In this document: piece by piece, positions 10,359 to 20,355 of the stretch
Numbering within the stretch: position 1 is the first letter of the stretch
Layout: each line of letters begins with the position of its first letter
Assembly: GCA_965249725.1 (NCBI GenBank)
Contig: CBDFMQ010000002.1
Span: 2,144,001-2,208,000, forward strand
Length of the DNA: 64,000 nucleotides
Direction: 5' to 3'
Origin: Longimicrobiales bacterium
GTDB taxonomy: Bacteria > Gemmatimonadota > Gemmatimonadetes > Longimicrobiales > Gaopeijiaceae
Made by a program: the position numbers and the translations under genes
The notes under the pieces: model-generated
Databases searched by the model: none
Told to the model about the DNA's origin: nothing
The model's input: the letters and a program-made list of their open reading frames with translations, nothing else

Positions 10359-11612
10359 TCACGGATCCAGTCGCAGCTCCCTGAAGTCGTCCCACTGCAC
10401 CTCGTGGACGCTACCATCTGCCGCGCGGACCGTGATCCCACGGTTGCCCGGGTTCACATCGTTGCTGCCGGACAGGTGAAACGTACGGCCATCGACCAAC
10501 ACGACTTCGGCGCTGTAGCCCTTCTTGGAGATGGACGCGATCTGGCTGAATTCGACGTCGAAGTCGATCCCCTTGTAGTCGCCGTTCAACATCTCCCAGG
10601 TGTACTCCTCGTCGTTGTCCCACCGGATGTCCCCGGTGAGATCTTCACCCGATTCGGTCAATACGGAGCCGTGAATCAGGCGGCCCCCATCGAACTCGTC
10701 GTACCTGGTCTCGGTTGGTGCTCTCTCGAAACGCACGGCCGCGAAGTCCTTCCACTCGACCATCACCTGGCCCAGCGACGGATCGGAAACGGAGATGCCT
10801 CTGTTGCTCCGGTCGACGTCGTTGGAGTCCCTGAGGATCATCTCTTCACCGCTCTGCATGATCACACGGCTCGCCCGTGAACTCTCACGGCTTATCGAGG
10901 CGATCTCGCCGAAAGCGATCTCACGGCGAACTCGATCCTCGTCATCACCATCGAGGATGTCGGTGGTGAAGATCTCGTCCACGTCCCACGCCACGTATCC
11001 AGTGAACTCGAGCCCGGCCCGCGTCACCAGAGTCCCGTACAGTAGCTCGCCCTGCGGGATGATCCCGTCGGGCGCAGCCATGAACTCCACCGCCTCGAGG
11101 TCACTCCATTCGAGCTCCGCGACACCCAGCCGTGGGTCATCGACCACCAGGGCACGGAGCCCACGCCCGAGATCCGTCCGGCGGCCTCCGAGCTCTTGCT
11201 CCTGTCCGGACTTGAGCGTGAACAGGGCCGAGCGTGAGTTCAAGACATCGATACGCTTGATGTGCCCGAAGCGGATGCCCGAAATCGCGGAACGACGCCC
11301 CTTTCGGTCGACGTCGAGCAGATCCGCCCAGCCGCCCTCATTCTGATCCCAACGGATGTAGCCCTCGAATTCCTGGCCCGACCGCGTGGTGACGTTGCCG
11401 TAAAGGCGACTGTCCAGGGCCGGTCCCTCCAATCGTTCTTCAACAACCGGAGTCGACACTGAGACATCGCTTGGAACCGTCACAGTGTAGGTGTGGTGTT
11501 GGTGGGGAGCCGCCCTCGCCAAAATCGCCATGGTAAAGGCAACGCTCAGGAGACCGGCACCGGCGATGACCGATAGGTTCTTGGCGTCTTCGTTGCGCGT
11601 CGGTGCTCTCAT
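10359..11612 (-). CDS. Membrane-anchored/exported hypothetical protein with three internal repeats
   Basis: N-terminal hydrophobic segment; repeats LYGNVTTRSGQEFEGYIRWD / LYGTLVTRAGLEFTGYVAWD / IHGSVLTESGEDLTGDIRWD; SNDVxxxNRGI twice. Confidence 0.7.
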   Translation of the reverse strand: MRAPTRNEDAKNLSVIAGAGLLSVAFTMAILARAAPHQHHTYTVTVPSDVSVSTPVVEERLEGPALDSRLYGNVTTRSGQEFEGYIRWDQNEGGWADLLDVDRKGRRSAISGIRFGHIKRIDVLNSRSALFTLKSGQEQELGGRRTDLGRGLRALVVDDPRLGVAELEWSDLEAVEFMAAPDGIIPQGELLYGTLVTRAGLEFTGYVAWDVDEIFTTDILDGDDEDRVRREIAFGEIASISRESSRASRVIMQSGEEMILRDSNDVDRSNRGISVSDPSLGQVMVEWKDFAAVRFERAPTETRYDEFDGGRLIHGSVLTESGEDLTGDIRWDNDEEYTWEMLNGDYKGIDFDVEFSQIASISKKGYSAEVVLVDGRTFHLSGSNDVNPGNRGITVRAADGSVHEVQWDDFRELRLDP

Positions 11613-11687
11613 TTTCTCCCCCCATCCAGGATCACGAAGCTCTTCTCCAGGCTAATATCGTACTGGCCAGAACGCGAGCGAGTTCCT

Positions 11688-12920
11688 CTAGGCCCAACCC
11701 CCCGTCACCTCGAGCAGACGATCGATCTCCTCGTCGGTGTTGAAGAGCGCGACACCCGCTCGGAGTTGGGCGCCCTCCTCCCGGACGCTCACCAGAATGG
11801 AAGCCTCCTCGAGGGTGCGGCGCACCATGGCGGGATCGTGCCCGTGCTCGAACGTGACGATGGCGGACCGGTTGCCTCGGGGGGTCAGTACGTCGTGCCC
11901 CTGAGCCCGGAGGCCTTCGTTCAGCCGATTGGCGATGGCCACGGTGTGCCGCTCGATGTTGTGGACACCCACCCGGAGGAGGTAGTCGAGCGCGGCGCTG
12001 AGCTGGAAGACCGCCCCGAACGCCATCGTGGCGTACCCGTACTTCTTCGCGTCTTCATGGAGTCGGAAGCGATGGCCACCCAGATTCTCGGCCGACTGAA
12101 GTGATCCGAATCGATCGACCGTCACCATGTCGAGGAGCTCTTCCTTGACGTAGAAGGGCGCCACACCGAAGCCTCCGAGCAGCCACTTGTACGTACCAGC
12201 GGTGAAGAAGTCGATCCCGGTATCTCGGACGTCGAGATCCAGCATCCCGACCCCCTGAATGGCATCGGCATACAGGTACGCACCCCGCGCGTGGGCGATC
12301 TCGGCCAACGCCTTCAGGTCATGGTGGTATCCGTTCACATGCGAGACCCAGGATACCGAAACGAGCTTGGTGCGCACGTCCACCTTCTCCGCAAACGCCT
12401 CCGGCGGGGCCGCGCCATCACGGTTCTGCACCGTCCGCACCTCGATCCCTTTGGTCTCCCGCAGGTGCTGGTACAGGATGTAAGTGGTGTCGTAGTGGAG
12501 GTCGTCCACGACGACGTTGTCACCGGGTTGCAGATCGAGAGCGTTCGTGACGATGTTCTCACCGTCACTCGTCGAGAACAGAACACCGATTTCCGACTCC
12601 GAGGCGCCGACGATCTGCGCATACTTGCTCCGCATGGCGTTGGTTTCACCGAGCATGGCTCCAAGGCTCACGGGGTCGCGGGCCTTCCGCTCGGCAAATG
12701 CCTGCGCGGCCTCGACGGCCTGTCGGGGAGACGGCGTGATGTAGGCGGAGTTCAGGTAGATGCCCTCTTCTACGACAGGAAAGTCCTGCCGGACTCCAAG
12801 GGGGTCTTGCTGCAGACCTAGGCGGTCCTGCTGCAGGGCTGCAACCGTCCCGGGCTTGAGCCCGCTGACCGCAGCGGCGGCGGAAACGCTACCGAGAAAT
12901 GCGCGACGCGTGAGATCCAC
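11688..12920 (-). CDS. Tat-exported PLP-dependent class V aminotransferase-fold enzyme
   Basis: GTG at 12920 preceded by GGAGG; TRRAFLG twin-arginine motif; YLNSA, DAIQ, GTYKWL (PLP lysine). Confidence 0.85.
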   Translation of the reverse strand: MDLTRRAFLGSVSAAAAVSGLKPGTVAALQQDRLGLQQDPLGVRQDFPVVEEGIYLNSAYITPSPRQAVEAAQAFAERKARDPVSLGAMLGETNAMRSKYAQIVGASESEIGVLFSTSDGENIVTNALDLQPGDNVVVDDLHYDTTYILYQHLRETKGIEVRTVQNRDGAAPPEAFAEKVDVRTKLVSVSWVSHVNGYHHDLKALAEIAHARGAYLYADAIQGVGMLDLDVRDTGIDFFTAGTYKWLLGGFGVAPFYVKEELLDMVTVDRFGSLQSAENLGGHRFRLHEDAKKYGYATMAFGAVFQLSAALDYLLRVGVHNIERHTVAIANRLNEGLRAQGHDVLTPRGNRSAIVTFEHGHDPAMVRRTLEEASILVSVREEGAQLRAGVALFNTDEEIDRLLEVTGGWA

Positions 12921-12959
12921 TTTGCTACCTCCGAGATGTGACCGACGGCCCACTGCGGT

Positions 12960-15215
12960 TTACATGAGCCGCAGCTGCCTCGAGTACTTTACGATGAACG
13001 AACGGTTCATCGGTCCCGTGAGGCTCGTCAGTCCATGGGACTCCTGCGCCTCGTTGTATACCACATACAGGCCCGTACCCGCCGTGTCCAGCCAGCCGAA
13101 GCGGGCGTTGACCGACCAGACGTCAGCCTGATCGGAATACTGTAGGAGTGTCTGAAGGAAGATCCGCGGCGTGAAAAAGTAGCCGACCTTGAAGCTCGTC
13201 AGCGTCGTCTCGAAGTCACCCTCGTCCAGCCGGATGATGTTGTGATCCACCTTGAGGTCGGCCGTAATATTCTGGCCCTGCCGGTATGTGATCGTGGCGT
13301 CACCACCGTAGCGCATTCCCGAGAAGAACTGGCCGGTACGCAGCACCGTCCGAAAGGACAGCTTATCCGACGGGTCGGTCCTCACCTCGAACCCCGGAAT
13401 GAAGTCCCTGTAGGTCCCGACCGGGATGACGATGCCGGGAGCAATCTCGAACGGTTCGTTGAGCCCCTCACTCGTGAAATTGAACTCGGGACCGAACAGC
13501 CCTCCCCCTTCGGTGACGAACTCGGGATCGATGTGGAAGTACCCGGACGAAAGAGTTCCGTCGAGATCCCAATGATACCGCGAGTTGACGTGGGGCGAGA
13601 ACTCACGGATCCAACCCACAGAAGGCATCCGGAAGGCCTTCCGAATGTTCGCATCGAAGTAGCGGTAGGCCACTCGGCTGGTGAACCCCACTTCCGGGTT
13701 GAAGTCCTTGCCGACCGCCCGGTACTGCACGCTCGTGCTGAAGTCCCGAATCTCATACAGCAGGTTGATGTTCATCGCGCCGTCGCTGCCGTCCAACCCA
13801 GGCGTCTCGGTCTTGGCGAGCCAAGCGTCTACGGTCCACCGATCCCCGATACCGAGGCGCCCGTCCACCGCATAGGTGCGGTTGTAGTCATCCCCGTCAT
13901 GGGTCGCGCGACGCTGCACGAACATCGCTCCGGCCCGCGAGCGGTTGGGCAGCTCACGAGTCACCCGGGCGACGGAGAAAGAGTTCTGGCGCACGCCGGA
14001 CTCGATGTCCTCATCGAGTCCATCCGTGAAGATCTGCACGAATCCGATGCCCAGGCCCTGCACTTTACCACTTAGTCGGCCACCCCCGAGGATGGGTACG
14101 GCGTTCCCCCCGGGGGAGATTCCGACCTTCCGGCTGAAGAAGAGGTCCACCGCCCGCGGAGTGCCCATGGCGAAGGTACCGGCGTTTTCGAGAAAGAACG
14201 GACGCTTTTCCGGGAAGAACAGGGGAAAGCGGGTAAGGTTGGTCCTCCGCTCGTCCACCTCTACCTGAGCGAAGTCAGTATTGGTCGTGAGGTCGAGCGT
14301 CAGAGACGGGGTCAACGTGATCTTGGCGTCAACGCCGATGTCGCCGGTATTGTCCGTTTCGCCCGAGCCGCTCACATAGTCTCGCTCCGCGGAGCCCGAC
14401 ACATATGGGGTCACGGTCGCCGCTCGCTGGACGGGCACCGGCACTCCCGATAGGTCACCTGCGAGGGAGAGACGCATCAGGTTGTACTGACGAGGAATCG
14501 GAGCCCAGAAAGACTCCTCGTTCCGCCGCCGGATGCGCCGCACCATGTTGAAGCCCCACGTCTGGACCGATCCTCCCGCGTATCGCAGCGTCGAGAAAGG
14601 AATGCGAAACTCGGCGTACCAGCCCTCCCCGTTCCGGGAGGTCGCGACTTCCCAACTGGCATCCCAGTTGAGGTTGAAGCCCCCCGACGACCCGGTCTGC
14701 TGTCGGCCACCACCACCCGGCACCCGCCCGCCCCCGACGCCTTCCGTTACCACCTGCCCGTCATACTCGATGGCCGATGGCGTGGTTGCGAAGATGAACC
14801 CGTTCTGACGGTCTCTATAGGTGTCTAGGATGATGCCGAAGTGGTCGGCCACCTGGATGTTCGCATCCCTAAGCCGTTCCCCCGTGACGATGTCATCCGG
14901 GCTCCGATCATAGAGCCAGGCACCGACATAGAGTGCCTCGGCGTCTGCGAGGATACGGACCTCGGTACGCTCCGAAACCGGTTCACCCTCTACCGGCTCG
15001 CGCTGAAAGAAGTCCATAATGGGCGCCCCGAGCGCCCAGGCTTCGTCGTCCAGCCGCCCATCGATCATCGGGGGCGCCGTGGTGATCCGGGTCACATAAG
15101 CCATCGGCCCACCGTCGCCTCCGGCGCCCTGCTGGGCAAAGACGGCGATCGGGGCCGTGACGGCTCCGAGAGTCAGAAGAAAGGCAATGCAAATCAGGCG
15201 AAATCGCGAGTTCAT
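12960..15215 (-). CDS. DUF5916 / CBM9-like domain outer-membrane protein (paralog 1)
   Basis: Signal peptide; IDGRLDD..W, GWYAEFRIPFSTLRY, NTDFAQVEVD, RFPLFFPEKRPFFLENAG; beta-strand-rich C-terminus. Confidence 0.8.
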   Translation of the reverse strand: MNSRFRLICIAFLLTLGAVTAPIAVFAQQGAGGDGGPMAYVTRITTAPPMIDGRLDDEAWALGAPIMDFFQREPVEGEPVSERTEVRILADAEALYVGAWLYDRSPDDIVTGERLRDANIQVADHFGIILDTYRDRQNGFIFATTPSAIEYDGQVVTEGVGGGRVPGGGGRQQTGSSGGFNLNWDASWEVATSRNGEGWYAEFRIPFSTLRYAGGSVQTWGFNMVRRIRRRNEESFWAPIPRQYNLMRLSLAGDLSGVPVPVQRAATVTPYVSGSAERDYVSGSGETDNTGDIGVDAKITLTPSLTLDLTTNTDFAQVEVDERRTNLTRFPLFFPEKRPFFLENAGTFAMGTPRAVDLFFSRKVGISPGGNAVPILGGGRLSGKVQGLGIGFVQIFTDGLDEDIESGVRQNSFSVARVTRELPNRSRAGAMFVQRRATHDGDDYNRTYAVDGRLGIGDRWTVDAWLAKTETPGLDGSDGAMNINLLYEIRDFSTSVQYRAVGKDFNPEVGFTSRVAYRYFDANIRKAFRMPSVGWIREFSPHVNSRYHWDLDGTLSSGYFHIDPEFVTEGGGLFGPEFNFTSEGLNEPFEIAPGIVIPVGTYRDFIPGFEVRTDPSDKLSFRTVLRTGQFFSGMRYGGDATITYRQGQNITADLKVDHNIIRLDEGDFETTLTSFKVGYFFTPRIFLQTLLQYSDQADVWSVNARFGWLDTAGTGLYVVYNEAQESHGLTSLTGPMNRSFIVKYSRQLRLM

Positions 15216-15272
15216 ATAGGAAGCAGACTCCGAAATGATGGCGGTAGAAAAGGGGGGATGGGAATCGGGATT

Positions 15273-17522
15273 CTAGAAGAGCCTCAGTTGCCTCGAGTAC
15301 TTCACGATGAACGATCGAGACATGGGGGTGACCAAGCTCCTCAGCCCGTGCGACTCCTGGGCTTCGTTGTACACGACGTACAAGCCGGTACCGGCCGTAT
15401 CGAGCACTCCGAAGCGTACGTTGGCGGACCACGTGTCGGCCTGGTCGGAATACTGAATCAACGACTGCAGGAAGACCCGAGGGGTGAAAAAGTAGCCGAA
15501 GCGCACACCCAGTAAGGTCGTCTCGAAGTCTCCCTCGTCGAGCCGGACGATGTTGTGATTGAGGGCGAGAGAGGCCGTGAGGGCAGCACCACGGCGGTAT
15601 GTCACCGTCGTATTGCCACCGACCTGGTGGCCCGAGAAGAAGCCCCCAACTTCGAACCGGCCGACGACGGAGAACGGCGCCGACGGGTTCGTGGTCAGGT
15701 CCCAGACGTTCTGTATGTAGTCGTAGTTGCCGGCCGGAATCACCACACCCGGCGCGATCTCGAAGGGCTCTCTCAGGCCCTCGCCGTGAAAGTTGATCTC
15801 AGGACCGAACCGGCCACCACTCTCGAACTGGGCCTCGGTATCCAGGTGGATGTAACTCGTCTCCTGGAACCATGCGAAGTCCCAGTAGGCCCGGTACGTC
15901 AGGTGAGGCGTGAACTCTCGGATCCAGGGGACGGACGAGCGGATGTACTTCTGCACCTGGGCGGTGATGTTCCGATACCCCGTGCGGTTCAGGAATCCGA
16001 CCTCGGGATTGAAGTCCTCTCCGACCTGGGTATAGCGCGCGTAGACCTCCCAGTCGCGCGTCCGATACTGCCCGTACTGGCTCCAGCCCACATCGCGGCC
16101 CGTGAGACTGGGCGTCTCGGTCTTCGCGATCCAAGTGTCGAAGGTCCACACGTCGCCGATCCCCACCCGACCGTCCACGGCATACGTGCGGTTGTAGTCG
16201 CCTCCGTCGTGGGTCGCACGGCGCTGCACGAACATCGCTCCTGCGCGGGAGCGCCCCCCGACCTCCTTGGTCACGCGAGCCACCGTGAATGAATTCTCGG
16301 CGACGCCGGCCTCGATGTCCTCGGAGAGATCGTCGGTGAATATCTGGAGGAGGCCTACACTCAGTCCTTTCACCTTCCCACTGAGGCGTCCTCCACCCAG
16401 GATCGGCACTGGATTCCCTCCGTCGGAGATCCCGATCTTCCGGGTGAAGAAGAGGTCCACGGCCTGAGGTGTCCCGGCGGTGAATGTTCCGGCGTTTTCG
16501 AGGAAGAACGGCCGTTTCTCCGGAAAAAACAGAGGGAAGCGCGTGAGGTTGGTCCGCTGCTCGTCGACTTCGACCTGGGCGAAATCAGTGTTGGTCGTAA
16601 GGTCGAGGGTCATCGAGGCCAGCGTGAGCTTGGCATCCACCCCGATCTCCCTCGGATAGTCGGTGTCGTCGGGAGAAGTGACGTAGTCACGCTGAGCCGA
16701 GCCCAACACATAGGGACTCACCGTTGCCGCCCGCTGTACCGGGACAGGCACTCCGACAAGATCACCGGCCATGGAGAGACGCATCAGATTGTATTGACGT
16801 GGCACCGGTGCCCAGAACGACTCCTCGTTCCGACGCCGAATGCGGCGTACCAGGTTCATGCCCCACGTCTGAACCGACCCGCCGGCGTAGCGAAGTGTTG
16901 AGAAGGGAATACGGAATTCGGCGTACCAACCCTCGCCATCCTGCGAGGCGGCCACCTCCCAGCTCCCGTCCCAGTTGACGTTGAAGCCGCCCGCTGAGCC
17001 GGCCTGTTGTCGAGTCTGGCCCCGCTGAAAGACGCCACCCCCCTGCCCCTCTCTCACGACCTGCCCGTCGTACTCGATCGAGGCGGGAGTCGTGGAGAAG
17101 ATGAAGCCGTTCTGACGGTCCCGGTACGTGTCGAGGATGATGCCGAAGTAGTCACCTGTCTCCAGGTTCGCGTCCCGCACGCGCTCCCCCACGACGATCT
17201 GTTCCGGGGTCCGATCGTACAGCCACGCTCCGACGTACAGGGCCTCTTCATCCGCGAGAATGCGGACCTCTGTCCGCTCGGAAACCGGCTCGCCTTCCAC
17301 GGGCTCCCGCTGGAAGAAACCGGTGATCACCTCGGCACCGGCCCACGCGTCGTCATCGAGGCGTCCATCGATGACCGGAGCGTTGGAGTCGATGCGGAGG
17401 ACCGACGCCACGGGTCGGCTACTTTCCTGGCTGGTAACCTGCGCATCCAAAAGGGGGGGGGTGGCGGTGGAGCAGAGGGCAGCGAAGAGCCACGCGCGGG
17501 TGGCCCGCCTAAGCATATCCAT
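15273..17522 (-). CDS. DUF5916 / CBM9-like domain outer-membrane protein (paralog 2)
   Basis: Same motifs as 12960-15215; ends in Phe. Start at ATG 17522, or TTG 17543. Confidence 0.8.
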   Translation of the reverse strand: MDMLRRATRAWLFAALCSTATPPLLDAQVTSQESSRPVASVLRIDSNAPVIDGRLDDDAWAGAEVITGFFQREPVEGEPVSERTEVRILADEEALYVGAWLYDRTPEQIVVGERVRDANLETGDYFGIILDTYRDRQNGFIFSTTPASIEYDGQVVREGQGGGVFQRGQTRQQAGSAGGFNVNWDGSWEVAASQDGEGWYAEFRIPFSTLRYAGGSVQTWGMNLVRRIRRRNEESFWAPVPRQYNLMRLSMAGDLVGVPVPVQRAATVSPYVLGSAQRDYVTSPDDTDYPREIGVDAKLTLASMTLDLTTNTDFAQVEVDEQRTNLTRFPLFFPEKRPFFLENAGTFTAGTPQAVDLFFTRKIGISDGGNPVPILGGGRLSGKVKGLSVGLLQIFTDDLSEDIEAGVAENSFTVARVTKEVGGRSRAGAMFVQRRATHDGGDYNRTYAVDGRVGIGDVWTFDTWIAKTETPSLTGRDVGWSQYGQYRTRDWEVYARYTQVGEDFNPEVGFLNRTGYRNITAQVQKYIRSSVPWIREFTPHLTYRAYWDFAWFQETSYIHLDTEAQFESGGRFGPEINFHGEGLREPFEIAPGVVIPAGNYDYIQNVWDLTTNPSAPFSVVGRFEVGGFFSGHQVGGNTTVTYRRGAALTASLALNHNIVRLDEGDFETTLLGVRFGYFFTPRVFLQSLIQYSDQADTWSANVRFGVLDTAGTGLYVVYNEAQESHGLRSLVTPMSRSFIVKYSRQLRLF

Positions 17523-17784
17523 CAGAGACCCAACTCCCGGCAATATCGAAGTAGGGAGAGGGACGGCTCTCCGTAAACCCGCTAGAAGGTACCGCGGCAG
17601 GTTGATTTTGAGGAGTACCGGATGGGATCAGGCCGGCCCAGGGTCTCGGCGGCCAGATGTCTTCTCGGCTTCTCAGCCATCGGACGCTCCCGCTGACCCT
17701 CGGCTCCATCGAAACCCGAAGAGTATGCGGTGGGTGAAGGGCGGGCTAGAGCGTCCTCAACCCCTCAGGACTCACCCGGTACGC

Positions 17785-17790
17785 TATAAT
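17785..17790 (+). promoter_or_regulatory. Possible sigma70 -10 box upstream of the S58 peptidase operon
   Basis: Perfect TATAAT in a GC-rich divergent intergenic region, about 37 bp before ATG 17827; no clear -35. Confidence 0.3.
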
Positions 17791-17826
17791 TGTTGGATCC
17801 CCCAGAAGGCTGTTGAAGGAGACATC

Positions 17827-18885
17827 ATGACGCGATCGGTGGCGATGCTCGGTGCTGCCCTCTTCGGTGCTGTCCTCGCACCTGATGGTGCCTCGGCCCA
17901 GGACGGGTCGTGGGGCATCACGGCAGTGCAAGGCATCACGGTCGGGCACCTCACCATGAGCGCCAGGCCGACCGGCTGCACGGTGATCCTCACCGGCGAG
18001 GGTGCGGTCGGAGGGGTGGACGTCCGTGGCGGTGCGCCTGGCACGGCAGAGACCGACCTTCTCGACCCCGTAAACACCGTCCAGGAGGTGCACGGCATCA
18101 CACTCTCGGGCGGCAGCGCGTTCGGACTGTCGGTGAGGGACGGCGTCATGCGGTACCTGGACGAGCGCGGTATCGGCTACCGCGTCGGCTCAAACGTGGT
18201 GCCGATCGTGGCAGGGGCGATCCTCTACGACCTGTCGGTCGGCGACGACCCGAGCATTCGGCCAAACGCCGAGTGCGGGTTCGAAGCGGCGTCACGCGCT
18301 ACCTCCGACCGACCCGCCGAAGGGTCCGTCGGAGCGGGAGCCGGGGCGACGGTCGGCAAGTCGCGTGGCATGGCTCGCGCCATGAAGGGTGGCATCGGGA
18401 CGGCGTCGATCACCCTGCAGGGCGGTCTCACGGTCGGAGCCCTCGTCGCGGTCAACGCCGTGGGCGATGTCATCGACCCCGGGACCGGCAAGGTCGTCGC
18501 AGGCGTTCGTACATCTGACGGTCGGGCCCTGGCCGACGCCAGAGTCCTGATGCGGCAGAACCGTTCATCGGAGGAGCCACAGAGCGGCGCCAATACCACA
18601 ATAGGAGTAGTCGCCACCAACGCGGCACTCACGCAGGCGCAGGCCACCAAGGTGGCGCAGATGGCGCAGGACGGGCTCGCCCGTGCCCTCTATCCCTCTC
18701 ACACGCCGGGCGACGGAGATACCGTCTTCTCCTTGGCGACCGGCACGCTGGACGGGGAGGCTTCGGTGTCGACCATCGGCACTCTGGCGGCGGACATGAT
18801 GGTCGAGGCCATTCTGCGGGCCGTGCGAGCGGCCACCGGAGTGGAGGGAATCCCGTCCGTCGCAGATCTCGACCAGGCCCGGTGA
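17827..18885 (+). CDS. Exported P1/S58 (DmpA-like) aminopeptidase
   Basis: GAAGGA RBS; signal peptide; ITVGH, TGCTVI, DVRGGAPGT.ET, LSGGSAFGL, NTTIGVVATNA, DGDTVF-like motif. Confidence 0.9.
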   Translation: MTRSVAMLGAALFGAVLAPDGASAQDGSWGITAVQGITVGHLTMSARPTGCTVILTGEGAVGGVDVRGGAPGTAETDLLDPVNTVQEVHGITLSGGSAFGLSVRDGVMRYLDERGIGYRVGSNVVPIVAGAILYDLSVGDDPSIRPNAECGFEAASRATSDRPAEGSVGAGAGATVGKSRGMARAMKGGIGTASITLQGGLTVGALVAVNAVGDVIDPGTGKVVAGVRTSDGRALADARVLMRQNRSSEEPQSGANTTIGVVATNAALTQAQATKVAQMAQDGLARALYPSHTPGDGDTVFSLATGTLDGEASVSTIGTLAADMMVEAILRAVRAATGVEGIPSVADLDQAR

Positions 18886-18907
18886 GCCACCCCCACCAGG
18901 CTCGACC

Positions 18908-20341
18908 GTGAACATCGAGCTCGCCGTCCTCCTGGTCTACTCGGCCGGCCTCATCGGGCTCGGTCTGTGGATCGGGCGACGCGTGGAGAGCAGCGGCGGG
19001 TTCTTCGTCGCGAACCGGAAGCTCGGAGCGGCCCTCATCTTCTCGACGGTACTCGCAGCCAATATCGGGGCTGGGAGCACCGTAGGCGCCGCGGGGCTCG
19101 GTTACACGGACGGGCTTGCCGGATGGTGGTGGGTAGGGTCGGCCGCAGTGGGGACGATGGTGCTCGCCGTGTGGATCGGCCCGAAGATCTGGCGTATCGC
19201 GGCCGATCACGGCCTCTACACCATGGGCGACTACCTCGAACTGCGGTACGGAAGGTCGGTGCGCGCCTTCATCACCGGGCTCCTATGGATCGGCACGCCG
19301 GCACTTCTCGCGGCTCAGCTCATCGCGATGGCCAAGATCCTCGAGTTCGTGGCAGGAGCCCCGGAGTGGGCCGGCATCCTCATCGGTGGCGTGGTAATGA
19401 CGGCCTACTTCTCGGCAGGCGGGCTCCTGACGTCGGCGTGGGTCAACATGGTGCAGCTCGTGGTGCTCGTCCTCGGTTTTGCGATCGCTCTTCCGTGGGC
19501 TTGGAGCGCGGCGGGCGGCTGGGAGGGTGTCGTCGCCGCGGCGCCTCCATCGGCCGACTATCTGGATTTCTGGCAGGGGGGCAGGTCGGGTTGGATCTAT
19601 CTGGCGATCGTGGGCCCCAACTTCGTGGTGTCCCCGGGGCTGATTCAGAAGGTGTATGGCGCAGTCGACGAACGAGCGATCCGGTTGGGACTCGGAGCCG
19701 CAGCTCTCGCGCTCTTGGTGTTCGCCCTCGTCCCACCCCTCTTCGGCATGATCGGGAGGGCCTACGATCCGGCCCTGGTGGACCATGAGCACGCCCTCAT
19801 GCTCGTCCTGACCACGGGGCTGCCGACGCTGCTGGGGAGCCTCGGCCTGGCTGCCGTCTTTTCCGCCGAGATCAGCTCGGCCGACGCCATCCTCTTCATG
19901 CTGTCCACTTCCCTCTCGAAGGACCTATACAAGCGCTTCCTCCGTCCCGAAGCGGATGACGCTCAGGTCCTACGCGTGGCCAGGGGGGCTGCCGTCGCCG
20001 GGGGCATTCTAGCGATACTCCTCGCCCTCGTGCTGACCTCGATCATCGGGGCGCTCAAGATCTTCTACTCGTTGATGGCGGTGTGCCTCTTCGTGCCCGT
20101 CGTGGCGGGGCTCTACTCGCGCCGACCCGGGACACCCGAGGCCCTGGCGGCCAGCGGGGTGGGTGTGACGACCCTCATCGCCGTGAGACTCATGGACTTC
20201 GACGGCGCGGCGTGGTGGCTCGACGCCAGCTTCATAGGGCTGGTGGCGTCGGCGGCCACCTTTGTACTCGTCCTACTGGTGAGACGGCCGGCGGCCCGGG
20301 ACATCCCGGCGAGTCGGCAAAGAGGCGGGCCTACTCCCTAG
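18908..20341 (+). CDS. Sodium:solute symporter (SSS/PutP-like family)
   Basis: FFVANRKLG, AANIGAGSTVG, TMGDYLELRYG, GGL..SAW, AEISSAD; many TM helices. Confidence 0.9.
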   Translation: MNIELAVLLVYSAGLIGLGLWIGRRVESSGGFFVANRKLGAALIFSTVLAANIGAGSTVGAAGLGYTDGLAGWWWVGSAAVGTMVLAVWIGPKIWRIAADHGLYTMGDYLELRYGRSVRAFITGLLWIGTPALLAAQLIAMAKILEFVAGAPEWAGILIGGVVMTAYFSAGGLLTSAWVNMVQLVVLVLGFAIALPWAWSAAGGWEGVVAAAPPSADYLDFWQGGRSGWIYLAIVGPNFVVSPGLIQKVYGAVDERAIRLGLGAAALALLVFALVPPLFGMIGRAYDPALVDHEHALMLVLTTGLPTLLGSLGLAAVFSAEISSADAILFMLSTSLSKDLYKRFLRPEADDAQVLRVARGAAVAGGILAILLALVLTSIIGALKIFYSLMAVCLFVPVVAGLYSRRPGTPEALAASGVGVTTLIAVRLMDFDGAAWWLDASFIGLVASAATFVLVLLVRRPAARDIPASRQRGGPTP

Positions 20342-20355
20342 GTCGAGAAACGGCC

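Noticed and set aside
17260..17826. 189-aa N-terminal extension of the S58 peptidase in the ORF track
   Set aside because: Overlaps the divergent DUF5916 gene; RBS and signal peptide point to ATG 17827
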